Of a stretch of DNA of 64,000 bases, positions 27,887 through 40,053 are shown in pieces. Source of the stretch: Parasitella parasitica NRRL 2501. Its lineage: Eukaryota; Fungi; Mucoromycota. Location: the NCBI GenBank assembly GCA_025201805.1, contig MU619255.1, forward strand, positions 237,034 to 301,033. Reading direction: 5' to 3'. The translations under genes were made by a program, and so were the position numbers. The notes below the pieces were generated by a model that did no database searches, was not told the origin of the DNA, and was given only the letters and a program-made list of their open reading frames with translations. Position 1 is the first letter of the stretch; the number at the start of each line of letters is the position of its first letter.

Positions 27887-27968
27887 TGCAGACAGCGAGA
27901 TTCGAACTCGCGCCACTCTCGTGAATACGACCTGAACGTATCGCGTTAGACCACTCCGCCATATCTGC
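27887..27968 (-). tRNA. tRNA-Leu(CAG)
   Basis: Reverse complement folds: acceptor GCAGATA/TGTCTGC, D-loop GGAGTGGTCTA, anticodon stem ATACG/CGTAT with loop TT-CAG-GT, long variable arm, TTCGAAT T-loop. Confidence 0.95.
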
Positions 27969-28022
27969 CAGATATCATCTCAACAAAATAAGTTTTAATA
28001 TATCCTAATTACAATAAACTTT

Positions 28023-28032
28023 ATCACGTGAT
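28023..28032 (-). promoter_or_regulatory. ATCACGTGAT E-box/Cbf1-type element at -57 to -62 of tRNA-Leu
   Basis: Same motif at the same distance upstream of tRNA-Glu (56497-56504). Confidence 0.5.
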
Positions 28033-30069
28033 CATGATTTACATTACCCGATGTATCTCCCAGTAACCATGGTATTAAAGAGACTATTTGTTTTTGTAAA
28101 CCACAAAAACTAAACTACCAGATTCACTCACTATTTTCATTAGTTTTTTATATTCATAAAGACTGTTAAAAATTTTAACTATTCACAAATAGTCTATAAT
28201 ATCTATTTTGATAAGAAAATGCCATCGTTTTATACTAGATTATATCTCTATTGTAACACTATTTGTCATTATGGTTAAATATTGAACTTGGCATGTAATA
28301 CCAAGTTAGATACTTGTTATATTGTACATAAATAGCTTATTTCTTGTCAGTGTGTACAAAAAATTACCAATATAATAGCTGCTTAATCTCATGTCTTTCT
28401 GACACAACAAAAACTCACTTTCATTAGCATCGTATTTCGTATCTACATGTAAAATAACTAAACCCAAATTTTGATGGCAATCTTGGCTTTTTATGCCAGA
28501 ACGTAATTCATGTAAAGGTGATGGGTCTTTATGTGGCAATTTTTGGTTTACTTGCATCCAAACTCAACAATAAGCGTTTATTTGCAAAATAGCTATTATT
28601 TCCCAATGAATTAAGTAAAGAGACCACAATAAAATAGAATCACGGTGAACGTAGGATCTTTATTATCAAATAAAAGGAAATCAAAAACTCTGGTCTTGAA
28701 TTTCTTTCTTATTCATAGACCCCAATTTCATCTGTATGTCATTTAAATGGTATTAGAGAACCTGTATTAACTATTATCCTAATAAAGCGCAACCTTTTAA
28801 ACAATTCTAGCATTATAATAAAAATAAATAAGCTTAAGATTAAAAGATTACACAAGACTTTTACTTTCACAATAAGCCCAGGTAAGTCTGCAAAAATCTT
28901 GAAAGTAGAATTCCTCTTTGAGAAGCTCCGAATATCTGAATAAAAGACATTGCGGTTCTCTTCATACTAAGATGATGCAAACCCCACATTACACCTTAAT
29001 AAATTATGGGTGTGATGAGCTACACAAAATGTCCTTCTTCATCGAATAAAACGATATTCAGATGCTATTCCAAGGAATCTGATACTAGGTTTTTTCTCAG
29101 ATCCCATTGTCCTGGTTTTTAAACGTCTTAATACACTTCCATTTGAACCTCCAGTTAATAGGCAAAAACTGACATCCACTGCATAAGACTTTTGATCTAG
29201 ATTTAAATATAATACATTAGTTAGTTTGTTGATTTCTATTGTTTGGAGGATTCTCTTGGGATGTTTTGTGCCGCAATTCTAAAAGGAAAATTCTATGGCA
29301 TTCTATCGTATCGGCCATACCTTTGTTATCTTATCTTGTGACATACCATCTATGCCATATATTTCACCCAATCAAATAAGCTCATTTCTGCCTATGGGTA
29401 TATTTGCATAGTCCAAAATAATCATATATGCATCCAATCAATCTAATTCATTTAAATGTTTGTCATTTTGGCGTACTTTAATGAACTATTATACGTAAGA
29501 AATTCTTTATTACAGAAATATATTATTATTTGCAAACTAGATCAATGCTGTCTAGACTTGGTCAACAACCCAATACAAGCTTCGATTGCTATATTTTATT
29601 TGAAGGTGTTATTAATTCCTCCGATGGCTATATTTGAAAATCCCAAAAGAAAGCTTTGCTGCGGAACAAATCATGATACAGTACAATAGATTTGCCTGTC
29701 AAGATAAATTTTGACATTTCAAATATGAACTTTAAATCCACTATAAGATGTATTCGGTGACAATTATATCCTTCTAGTTTATTGTGAAATTATACCATAG
29801 TGTTTAAAGAGAAGCGAATCTCATATTGCTTCCTATGACTCATTCCTTTCCAGCTGACATACTCGTCCACGTAGGTAACCATGGTAACAAGGTAACACTA
29901 GGTTGTCCTTCCCCGTCACTGTGCCTGAGAATGTATAACGATCTGACATATTGTCATCTATTCGATTATTCATCAATATGGGACGGTTTCGCTCCTGATG
30001 CTGCATATATAAATATAAGAGCAATGTAGATCTTTTATTTTTTTCAAACCTAATTTCTTGAATCAAAAA

Positions 30070-32088
30070 ATGCCTCTCCCAAATTATCACATAATCCCAT
30101 CAGCAACAGCGAAAAAAGAGGTTTTGAAGGTCATTTTAGATGAGCCTCGTCTTTACGTCGAAGAATCATTGGGATCAGTCATGGTTCGAGGTGAAGTTAT
30201 AGTCAATTTCCCTAGAGATACTCAAATACAAGGTCCCATTGAATTATTGTTTGAGGGTATTCAACGATTTCAGCCATGGTCATGTAAGTTTTTGTGTTGT
30301 GCATGATTCGTTTGATAAGAAACACTGATAGATCTCATAGTGATCATGCGTGGTGCACCGACTGGCTCTTCAATTGAAACCAAACTACAGGTTGTTGAGT
30401 TGTCACTATTGCCTCCAAATTCCAAAGGAATAATGCCTGCTGGCACACAGCGATTTCCATTTGAATTCCCAATTCCTGCTTCATTACCTACATCAGTGTA
30501 TATCAAAGATCGACTCGAAATCTTTTATCAGATGAGCGCGACTCTTTCCCGCTCATCTCGAAATGACATTGATAATAATGACGCTCTAGTAAATCCTATC
30601 CATTGGGTAGATTGGGCTCGTCGAAATACTATATTTAAAAAGAAGTATACTGCCTGCTCACCGTTAAGAATTGTTCGTGCTATGGAATCAATTGTTTCAA
30701 ATGGTTTACCGGCGGTAACAACAACAGCAGCAACAGCAGCAGCAGCAACCACAGGAACAATATCAGCAGTAACTTCCAATACAAACACACCTTTATCATC
30801 ATCAAATGCAGAACCAACAGAAGAGTCTGAAGCGGAGACTGCCAGTATACCAATTAGTCAACGTAGCGTGCAGCCATGGAATCGACGTGGCTTGGATGCC
30901 TATCAAGGGACGTACGACGAACAGCATGATCAGCTGGCCTCATCATTTGCAGGCCGAGCTTCGGGCAATCTAAATCAGCCAATTCACACTTTGAGTGGTG
31001 TCGAAGGAATTCGATACAAGATTAGCGTTGATCGTACTGCTATTGCTCTTGGTACAAGTATCGGTGTTGAATTAATGATTGAGCCTGTCTATACAGATGC
31101 TGTCATCAAATCTGTTCTCCTTAAGGTCGCTGAAACTCGTAGATATGCCATGAAGGTGCCTGCTGGCCATACTTGGGACAGCAATACGCCTGAAACCAAG
31201 AAAATGAATGAAGCGGTTACTTTGGTGCTGAAATGGGCCGACGGCTATCAATTTGAAGACGAAGAAGACGAAAGTCGTGTCCACAAGCAAAGCAAGTCTT
31301 CTTCCTCCAACAAAAAAGGTGAACGGTATCTTCATCAACGTGTACAGAATAGCCAATATTTAGCTTATTTTGATCCGCCATTGCCTGGCTGTCCTGAAGG
31401 CAAGCAATTTCTCAACAGTACGTTTGACAAGAAGAAGAAATTCGTTGGCGAAATGCAAGAACATGAAGCCTCTTCCTCTACGGCTGATCGAGATATGGTC
31501 AATCTCAAGGAATTAAATCAACCTATCAAAGTGGGCGAGTATTTCGGTGGTCGCTTTGTGGTACCTATGCCAGACTGCTCCCATATTTTACATCCTAGTA
31601 TGGACTATGAGTCTATCAAAATTAGTCATTGGATGCAACTGGTTGTTAGCATCGAAAGCAACGGGAAAACATTTGATCTGCTCTTAGAATCGCCTGCTCG
31701 TATCTTGGATTGCCGTTTAGTAGCTGATGATGAGTGTCAGACGGTTTTGCCTCCTCCTCCATCCTACCAGCCAGGCGATGGTCATCTTTATCATGAAAAT
31801 AATTGGTCACAAAGCACTTTTTGGGAGCAAAGAGAACCCATTACCTTTGTCTCAGGTTGGGGATCTTGTGTGCCTTGTCCCTGTGAATACAAGAAATTAA
31901 AAGCGGTGAATGCATCGAAGAAACCTCCTTCTAGACTCCAAGTAAGATACGGTACCACCACAACCAGTCCAAGCAACGGCAAAGGCAGTGGCAACAACAA
32001 CAACAACAATAATCAAAATAATGCTGACAGTTGTCCCTCATCTCATTTGCCTGAATGGGGACCACCTCCTTGCTACTCTGAAGATTGA
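30070..32088 (+). CDS. Alpha-arrestin (ART-like) ubiquitin-ligase adaptor
   Basis: 'MPAGTQRFPFEFPIPASLPTS', 'IFYQMSATL', 'IKISHWMQLVV', PPxY motifs PPPSY and PPPCY. Intron 30284-30340. Confidence 0.85.
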
Positions 32089-32439
32089 TCTGGACCCATC
32101 CCCCTTTATATTATTACTCTAAACTAATGCTATAACAACGATAACAGTAACATTCATAAATGTACTTCTATCGGCTATATATCTCTGCGCAAATGTAAAT
32201 ACTGATTTTTGAATAAATAATGTGCCAATCTTTTATGCACCAAATCCACTTTTCGCCTCTCCTGACTCATCCTGCTGTTAGTAACGTTGCCAAGGAGTTC
32301 CCCGAAAGCGATAAATAACATCATCTTCATTCATCGCTTCTCCCTTCGCAACCCCCTGATGCATATGCATACACTATATAATCCGAGGTTTACGACAACT
32401 CTTTTTCATTCAACTCTTTACATATTAATTCACAAAAAG

Positions 32440-32691
32440 ATGCCATCAACAAACAATATTATTATTCTTCTCTCTGTCCTTTCACTGTTATTTGTTGTCA
32501 ATGCTTTTAAACAAAATAACGATATTGCTCCTCTTCAGAGACTCAGTAAGAGAGAATGTGGGTTCAATTGCCAAAATCAAGATTCTTGCAATTCAAAATG
32601 TGGAAAACATGACGAAAGCTTGCACTTGGGGCTCTATTTTGGTGTCTGCCATCGTGGTATTTGCTTCTGTGGATGGATTCCTGAAAATTAA
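32440..32691 (+). CDS. Secreted CS-alpha-beta defensin-like prepropeptide (83 aa)
   Basis: Signal peptide, propeptide ending in KR, and a mature peptide with CxxxC, GxC and CxC. Confidence 0.75.
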   Translation: MPSTNNIIILLSVLSLLFVVNAFKQNNDIAPLQRLSKRECGFNCQNQDSCNSKCGKHDESLHLGLYFGVCHRGICFCGWIPEN

Positions 32692-33212
32692 TTCGCTGTG
32701 ATGTGGGCCTTGCACACATGCTTTGCAAGCGACAAGTTCCATTTAAGCAAGCGACAATATTTCACCAAATCATACTGCCTTGTTGCTTTAATGGAGCTTT
32801 TTATGTAGCTTTAAAAATAACTAATAAATTCACTAGCAAAAAAAAAAAAAAAAAAGAGCACAAAGATGTAATATAGTTGTTGGGTAAAAAAAGTCATATG
32901 TGATGGTGTTGAAAGTTTGGCGTACCGATTCTTACTAAATCCTCAAACAACACATCTTTGCTTTGGTTTTATTAGTCTTTCTCCCAAAATATAAACAAAT
33001 ACGTTAACAGTATAACAATGAGAATAGTCTAAACTCTGTAGCTACGACTTTCGTTGAAGATGTGCTAGGAACACTAATAAATCGATACCAATCCCAGTTA
33101 TCCCACAAAAAGTCGACCAATAACAGTTTACTGCAAAAACATGCACACCAATTAAATAAATGTACTCCTCTCTTTCTCTCCTCGTCGTTTTTCTCAGTCA
33201 ACTTATATATAA

Positions 33213-34265
33213 ATGAAAAGATTCGAAACCACGGCAGAAAACAAACCGGGAAAGGGGATTGTGATATGTTCCTGCTACAATGAACGCTCCAAGTTCGAAC
33301 GTATACATGCCCAGTATCCACTCAAATTTATTCCTACCACGGGGCATGCAGATCGTTTGGCAGTAGTGTACATGTTGAGCTACGGTGGTGGGGTCATCAG
33401 TGGTGACACTTTTTCAATCGAAATGACGGTCAACACAAATGCCATTTTGCTACTAATGACACAAGGCAATACCAAGATCTTTAAAGATCGTGTGCACCAG
33501 AGACTTTGGCTGGCATCTCTACAGCAACAGCAATCCAGTGTGCCTACCATTTCGTTTTCCAGTCTGTTGCCCTCGTTAGATACCATTACAGGACTATTTA
33601 AGACACCAGAGCCGCCCAAAAAAGTAGCACCTTCAGTACAAATCATCAATTCCATGGTAACAGCGCAGGCCACACTATTAGTGATCCCCGATCCAGTGAC
33701 CTGCTTCCGCGATTCATCATTTCAGTCAAAACAGCTCTTCGAATTACAGGACGATTCATCGCAATTAGTACTGCTGGATTGGTTTACAAGTGGTCGTATT
33801 ACTCGAGGCGAGAGCTGGTCTTTTCGCCATTACTCCAGTCGCATCGACATCAAAATTGCTGGAAAATGGGTCATCAAGGACGCCATGGTGTTGGAAGACG
33901 AACAGTACATGAAACGTTTGGATCCCAGAGTAGAGGATGAAACAGCTTATGCTGCCCGTTTGAAGCCGTACTTGTGTTTTGCAACTTTGGTCATCATTGC
34001 AAAATCAAATGGCTCGTTAATGAAGAGTGTGGACCGAATCCAGCGGAAATCTGAGGAAATGAGATTGTTGCCACTGACGCTGAAATCAGACGAGGATAGA
34101 AAAGTGCTGTGGTCTGTGAGTCCTATTCTCAAGGGCAGAGGTGTGCTTGTGCGTGTGGCTGGCATGACAACAGAGCAAGTGAGGGATTTTGTCAAGCTAG
34201 AGTGTCTGAAGGAAGGGTTAGTTGGGATCATTGGCGACGGCATGTTTAGTAAAGTGCTTGTGTAA
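33213..34265 (+). CDS. ureD: Urease accessory protein UreD (Ure4)
   Basis: 'YPLKFI', 'SYGGGVISGD', 'TQGNTKIFK', 'PDPVTCF', 'LDWFTSGR..RGESWSF'. Intronless. Confidence 0.93.
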   Translation: MKRFETTAENKPGKGIVICSCYNERSKFERIHAQYPLKFIPTTGHADRLAVVYMLSYGGGVISGDTFSIEMTVNTNAILLLMTQGNTKIFKDRVHQRLWLASLQQQQSSVPTISFSSLLPSLDTITGLFKTPEPPKKVAPSVQIINSMVTAQATLLVIPDPVTCFRDSSFQSKQLFELQDDSSQLVLLDWFTSGRITRGESWSFRHYSSRIDIKIAGKWVIKDAMVLEDEQYMKRLDPRVEDETAYAARLKPYLCFATLVIIAKSNGSLMKSVDRIQRKSEEMRLLPLTLKSDEDRKVLWSVSPILKGRGVLVRVAGMTTEQVRDFVKLECLKEGLVGIIGDGMFSKVLV

Positions 34266-34399
34266 ATAGCCCTTCAATAAAAGGATGATAGACTTATTAT
34301 GTAAAAATATAATGACGTCTGGTGACCTTGAAAACGCTGTGGTAAAACTTGTATCAAATATGTCCTGATCAAAAGGACGCGACTGGTACAAGCAATCCA

Positions 34400-35240
34400 A
34401 GCGATTCGGTTAATTCCAAGCAAGCGTATGCTGTGATCTGCCCAATTTGAGATGAGCCAATTCAAAATAAGCCGTCTACAAACACTGCTATATTTATGGA
34501 GATGGAGGTATGGAGTCTTAGGGGTTGCTAATGAGACTCGGATAGGTCTGTTCTCAATTATGCAGCCTTTGCATTTCGTTCAACGCATGAAGCTGGTCAA
34601 GTCGATGGTTAAACTCGACATACTCGTAGCCACGAGGCTGTGTTTTTCTGGGGATTTTTCATGGTTTTTACTGATCTGCAGAAACCTACATTGGTTGAAA
34701 AATGCGCTATATTATTATAGTTTCAACAAAGGATTTCCTTTGCCGGTATGCTGGTGGCCGCACTTGTTACCAGTAGTTGCTCAGAACCACCCATAGCTGA
34801 TGTCATAAAGAAATAACGAGTGTCTGGGCTGTCTCTTCTCTATTATTACCTGATGTTAGTAAGCAGCACATCATTATACATGTAGACACGTTTGTACCTT
34901 TTGTCAATCAAACTACCTCCTGAAGCCAATTTAATCTAAATGTGCATGATGCCTTTCCGTTAAACTTAAAGTGTACCTTGTGCAGCTGATATCGAACTGA
35001 TGGTTTTGAAAGTAATTATTTCTTTATACGTCTGCATAATCCAAAGACACACCTACGATCTCGACTTGTTTCGAATCATTTCAACTACTACATCAAACAT
35101 GCAAACGAAGCCAAAGTCGCTGGAAATAGGCCACGTCCGGATCTTCCATCCTATTTTATAAACATACATTTACGGTTTTATTTAGTCTATTTGAATGCAC
35201 CCAAGCAAGCCAATGCTAATGTGGTCTTGCCGTGCTGGAA
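34400..35240 (-). pseudogene. Decayed three-RRM RNA-binding gene of the NAM8/NGR1/csx1 type
   Basis: Manual minus-strand translation gives colinear family motifs: KTTL/WM, 'EMIRNK', 'FRLNW(A)SGG', 'PRGYEYVEF...ALNEMQ/GCIIENRPIRVSLATPK', 'NIAVFVDGL'. These are broken by frameshifts and stops, with intron remnants. Confidence 0.8.
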
Positions 35241-35348
35241 TGTTAAGAAACAATAGGAAAAGAGGCGTCTAATGTCTGAAACACAACGTCTGTTTGTTAC
35301 AGCCATTGGCACAAGAACCGATTGAGCATGTATAGTATGTTGAATTGG

Positions 35349-36618
35349 CTAGACGAGGCCTTGATCTTTCATGACCTGATAAGCTTACAAAGTGAGTATA
35401 CAAAAAAGAATAGACTCAATTCATTTGCTTTTACCTGATACATGGTAGCACCAATCTTGGCAGGAGAGGGAGTAACTACAACTCCTGCTCTCTCAAGTGC
35501 CTTGACTTTATCACTTGCTCCTTCTTTTCCACCAGATATGATTGCACCAGCATGGCCTATGTATCCATTGATATTGGCAAGTCAGCAAGGCAAAAATCAA
35601 ATAAAAATACCCATTCGACGTCCTGGAGGCGCCATCATGCCAGCAATGAACGAAACAACAGGCTTTGGCATGTATTTTTGTTTGAGGTTGTAGTCTTTTA
35701 AAAACGCAGCAGCGTCTTCTTCAGCTGAACCGCCAATTTCTCCTATTAGAACAATACCCTCAGTGTTTTTGTCGTGAAGCAGCACCTTTAAAACGTCAAT
35801 AAAGGTAGCGCCATTCAGAGGGTCACCCCCAATTTCAATGCACAGCGTTTGTCCAAGCCCAGCATGGGTTATTTGTTGCACTGCTTCGTAGGTCAACGTA
35901 CCTGATCTAGATACGACGCCTATTTTACCCTGTCGGATGATGCTGCCGGGCATGATGCCGATTTTACACTCGCCAGCGCGGATCAATCCAGGGCAATTGG
36001 GCCCTACCAGACGACTTTTGCTTTGCGTCAGCAACGCTTGCTTGACACGCATCATGTCACGTATGGGAATGCCTTCTGTAATAGCCACAATGAGTCCGAT
36101 ATCGGCCTCAACAGCTTCCATAATGGCCTCAGCGGCAAACGGTGGTGGTACGTATACAACAGACGCATCTGGCTTGGTTTCATTAACAGCCTACATCTGC
36201 ATTTAGTATTTTTGGTTGACATATGCGTGCATTTGCTTGCCTTCTGTACTGAACCAAATACTGGTAGTCCTAAATGTGTTGTACCAGCCTTTTTGGGTGA
36301 TACACCACCGACCATCTTGGTGCCGTATTCGATAGCTTCTTCCGAATGAAATGTGCCCTAAATGTTTACATGCATATAAGCTGTGAATGTCACACATGCA
36401 TGATCCCACAATACAAGAAAGTCTACTTGTTTACCAGCAAAGCCTTGACTAATAACTTTAGTATTTTTGTTCACTAGCAAGTTCTTCAATGTAGATTCGT
36501 AGCTGCTAGTGGTTAATTGCCTGACTAAACTCCAGTGTGGTTAGACGTATGTATAACAGCATGTTTCATCCAAGTTTGTACTACTTTTATTAGCCTGCTT
36601 GATTGAATTCTTGAGCAT
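35349..36618 (-). CDS. LSC1: Succinyl-CoA ligase alpha subunit (mitochondrial)
   Basis: '[12 protein letters not shown]', 'GPNCPG', '[10 protein letters not shown]', 'IGEIGG', phospho-His 'RRMGHAGAI'. 6 exons including one GC-AG intron (36191-36240). Confidence 0.95.
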
Positions 36619-36731
36619 TTCGAGTTGAATTAACAGCAAAAACAACGAATGAAGAGACTAAAACATGCAAGGACTTATCTCTCTTTTTATTTTGAAACAT
36701 GAATTGATATGGTAAAAGACAGGTTTCATAA

Positions 36732-37757
36732 TTACTTTCTAGCTAATAAAGTTGCCAACTGATCGCTGTCGTTGCTGTATCTTGATTGCAGATTTGCAGT
36801 GGCTGTCGTCGTTGCAGTGGATGACGACGATGATGCTGATGAGGATGAAGCTGAAGAGGATGAGCCACCGGTACTGCCATCATTGTTGCCTGCATTGCAT
36901 GTGCCATTGTCATCTAAATATGGCTTCTTGATTTCGTCTGAAAACGACACTCTTCGCTGATGCTGCCTTGTCGACTTTATTGTTGGCTGCTCTTTGGCTT
37001 CTTTCCGAGCTGCTTCTTGTAGCATGGCACATTTGAACTTGTAATTAATGTTGGCTCGACTTCTTAAGAACATAAAAAACTCTGATAGCTTGGAGAAATC
37101 CCAGTCTTTTGTGAACTCTTGTATAAATCTCTCCCTCTTTTTGATGCATGTTGTGTACGGCGCAGAAATCAGAATTGTGGTGATTAATGTAGCTGTGAAA
37201 TGGGTCGCCCACTGTAGCGTTAATTTCCTGAGGAGCTTGGCCCTTTTTACGTCACCTAATAGTTGTTTAATTGTTTAATGTTTGCAAACGCAACGAAACT
37301 ATCAGTAAATACCTTCTTCATCAATCCAGTCTGCTGTCACATGTCTCACCAATATGCTAGTAGATTCCCATCGCCAATCTGTGGATAACCATTCCAGTGC
37401 GTTTATGATCCTTTCCAATGGATAGTCGTTTGCAATACGATGCAAATAAACAGATGTGACCAATACGTTTTCTTCTGATTTCAGCCATGCATGAAATGTT
37501 GCATCATAGTTTGAGTCCATTTTCTTGATGTTGGCTGATACGTCTTTCCAGCAATCTGATGATGATGGTGATAATGTGGACGTTGCAGTCGCAGCAGGTG
37601 CGGTATCTAATTGGTGCACAACATCAATAAACAATCTGTGCTCTGTTTTCTTCTCTTTTTCTCGAACTGTACCTGTCCTCTTTTTAGACCCTGCCCAGTC
37701 GCATATTTTCTCTCTTCGAGGCGTAGTATTCAGTTGCGTCGAGAAAATAAAAGACAT
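36732..37757 (-). CDS. Hypothetical protein with repeated T-x-D-W helical motifs
   Basis: Two exons joined in frame by a GT-AG intron (~37256-37311). No family recognised. Confidence 0.7.
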
Positions 37758-38819
37758 ATTGATATATTATGGCAAGGAAACAAAGAAAAAAATAGGAAAA
37801 AGGGGTAAAAGGGAAGGAAAGAGAGAGAGAGATATATATAAAGATATCCTAATACTGCTCCCTCCATACAACGGGTCTCGAAATCATTAATAAATATTGA
37901 TGTAAATCATGAGTAACAATTGGATTCAGGGGCACTTCTAAATCCCAGGTTAACCAGTGGTTCCAGTGGTGCGGTTACCTTGTTTCCTTCCTTCACTATT
38001 GAATCAAAACAGATATGAACACAGATGTTCTGATTATATCTCCAAGAGCTAGAGTTCTTGATATACACACAGTTGATTCAGTATGCTGATGCGGAAATGG
38101 TTCAAATTTACTTTTAAATTCCACAAATAGCAACATGCAAATGTAGTGCTGCACCAAAAGCCAATATAACAAATGTAAAAAGGAGCAAGAAATATATATA
38201 TAGTATATTTAGTTAAGTGTAGTCAAAATATCACAAGAGCGAAAGGAAGCCTTTTTATCCTTGACCATCTTTTTGACGAAAGCATTCTACCGGACTCTTC
38301 GATATCTTTGCAATTTTGGACTAATAATTTGCGAATGTATTCAGCCATTCCTTCTCTGTTAACTCTTTTTTGTTGTTGCGCCTAATATCCAAAGTAAGTT
38401 TGTTGCTCCAGCGATAAGGCACTGCATAATGAAAATGTTCTTCGGCAAACACAATTATTGTGGTCGTACGCGGGGTATTTGCATATATTATATGCACTTG
38501 TAGGTGATAGAGTTCATCGGCCTCAGATCCTTTTTTTGTTTAATCAAGCAGACTCAATTATAGCATTGGACAAACCCCTCTCCCCTTTTTTTTGAATAGT
38601 TCTTATCTCCTTGATTAGATGAATATTGGCGTCGACGCTGTTAGGAGATGGTTAACTACGTTTGACTATAGTATTGACGTCAGTAATCAAGCGTAAACAT
38701 ATTCTAAATAACAGCTATTCGTTTTTACATAGTTGTTAAAAAATCTATCCAAAATTGTATTTGGTTGTTAATCCAGCCATTTCCAGAGTATATACTCTTA
38801 TAGAAATCTTGGCTAGGAC

Positions 38820-40053
38820 CATTTTGATACTCTCAAGGCTGCCAGACACTGTAAAATACAAAGCGCATATGTACCAAATAACATTAATCACTTGCATTGT
38901 ATCCAAAAAAAAAAAAGCCGAAGCAGCTATTAGATCAAAAGTTATTGATCACAATAACCAATGCTCCTCTTTAAAAACATCAAAATGTCCAAAAATCACA
39001 GATTTTAGCCGCCTATTATTATGATATCTAGATCGATAGGTCATTATAAAGGTATACCTTTAGGTTCTAAAATTTACTTTTGGTATTCTGTTTCTTTTGA
39101 ATTAACTTCTTGAGTTTCTTGTTATATTTGATTGACAATGGAGCTAACGTTGATGAAGTTGCTCAAACTAGAATTGTTGTCATCTCCAATATACAATGTA
39201 CATGTTTTATCGTTGTTCTTTACATTATAAAAACTGAGAGTATATGATATTGCATATTATTTACTTCATGTTGTTAACTTCATGTTATTTATTATTTTAT
39301 TTTATCTTGACTTGCAGGCTGTATCAAAAGAAACTGAGTTTCAATTGATTTGTGGCCAAGATTTCTTTTCTGGATCGATTTGATCGTTCCATTGACGATT
39401 CTGCTTCTATCAACACAAATTAATACATTAACCTTGAGTACATCTCTAAGCTTACTAGTGGGTAATTTTATGATTAATCCACTGGTATAATTTTTATTAA
39501 AAAATATTGCTTATATATTGAGATATCTCTAAAAAACCCCAAAACCGATTTTTTAAAAAAAGGTGAGTATTTTACATATAGAACATCAAAACAAAAGCTT
39601 TGAGGCAATGTAGTAGTTTGATAAAGCTTATTTGAGCTTAGAAACACTATAGTAAAAAATGCTGATTTTGGGGTCAAAAAGCATCAAACGTCCAAACCTC
39701 CGTTTTTGACGCATACTTGCAAGGCAAATTTTCAACTTTTTCATCGATTTTCAAAGTATCTCCAAATTGGCTAAAACTAACATATGTATAATATCCTAAT
39801 CATAGATGATGATTGAGCATAATTTTGAGCTTACAAACGGTCTAGGATTCATAATAACAGGCGGCTAAAATCTGTGATTTTTGGACATTTTGATGCTTTC
39901 AAAGAGGAGCATAGGTTATTGTGATTAATAATTTTTGATCTAATAGTTGTTTCGGCTTTTTTTTTTTTGGATACAATGCAAGTGATTAATGTTATTTGGT
40001 ACATATGCGCTTTGTATTTTACAGTGTCTGGCAGCCTTGAGGATATCAAAATG
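38820..40053. mobile_element. Non-autonomous long inverted-repeat (foldback/MITE-like) element; arms 38820-39032 and 39841-40053
   Basis: Two ~213-bp arms in opposite orientation, about 13 mismatches by manual alignment. No transposase and no clear TSD. Confidence 0.8.

Noticed and set aside
28300-29700. Possible decayed LINE or other element in AT-rich DNA ('KIFADLPG'); likewise 44400-46300 and 22800-24100
   Set aside because: Only isolated few-residue matches; cannot be supported without a search.
33213-34265. Intronless ureD as a bacterial horizontal transfer, or part of a nitrogen cluster with NAG1
   Set aside because: Sequence has eukaryotic UreD motifs (YPLK, LDWFTSGR), no urease genes are adjacent, and NAG1 is 17 kb away.
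38200-38520. Faint resemblance to Fanzor/TnpB-like remnants on the minus strand
   Set aside because: No RuvC motifs or zinc finger could be traced; similarity is too weak.
38755-40049. Two near-identical small ORFs on opposite strands
   Set aside because: Translations of the inverted-repeat arms, with no ATG start or coding signature.
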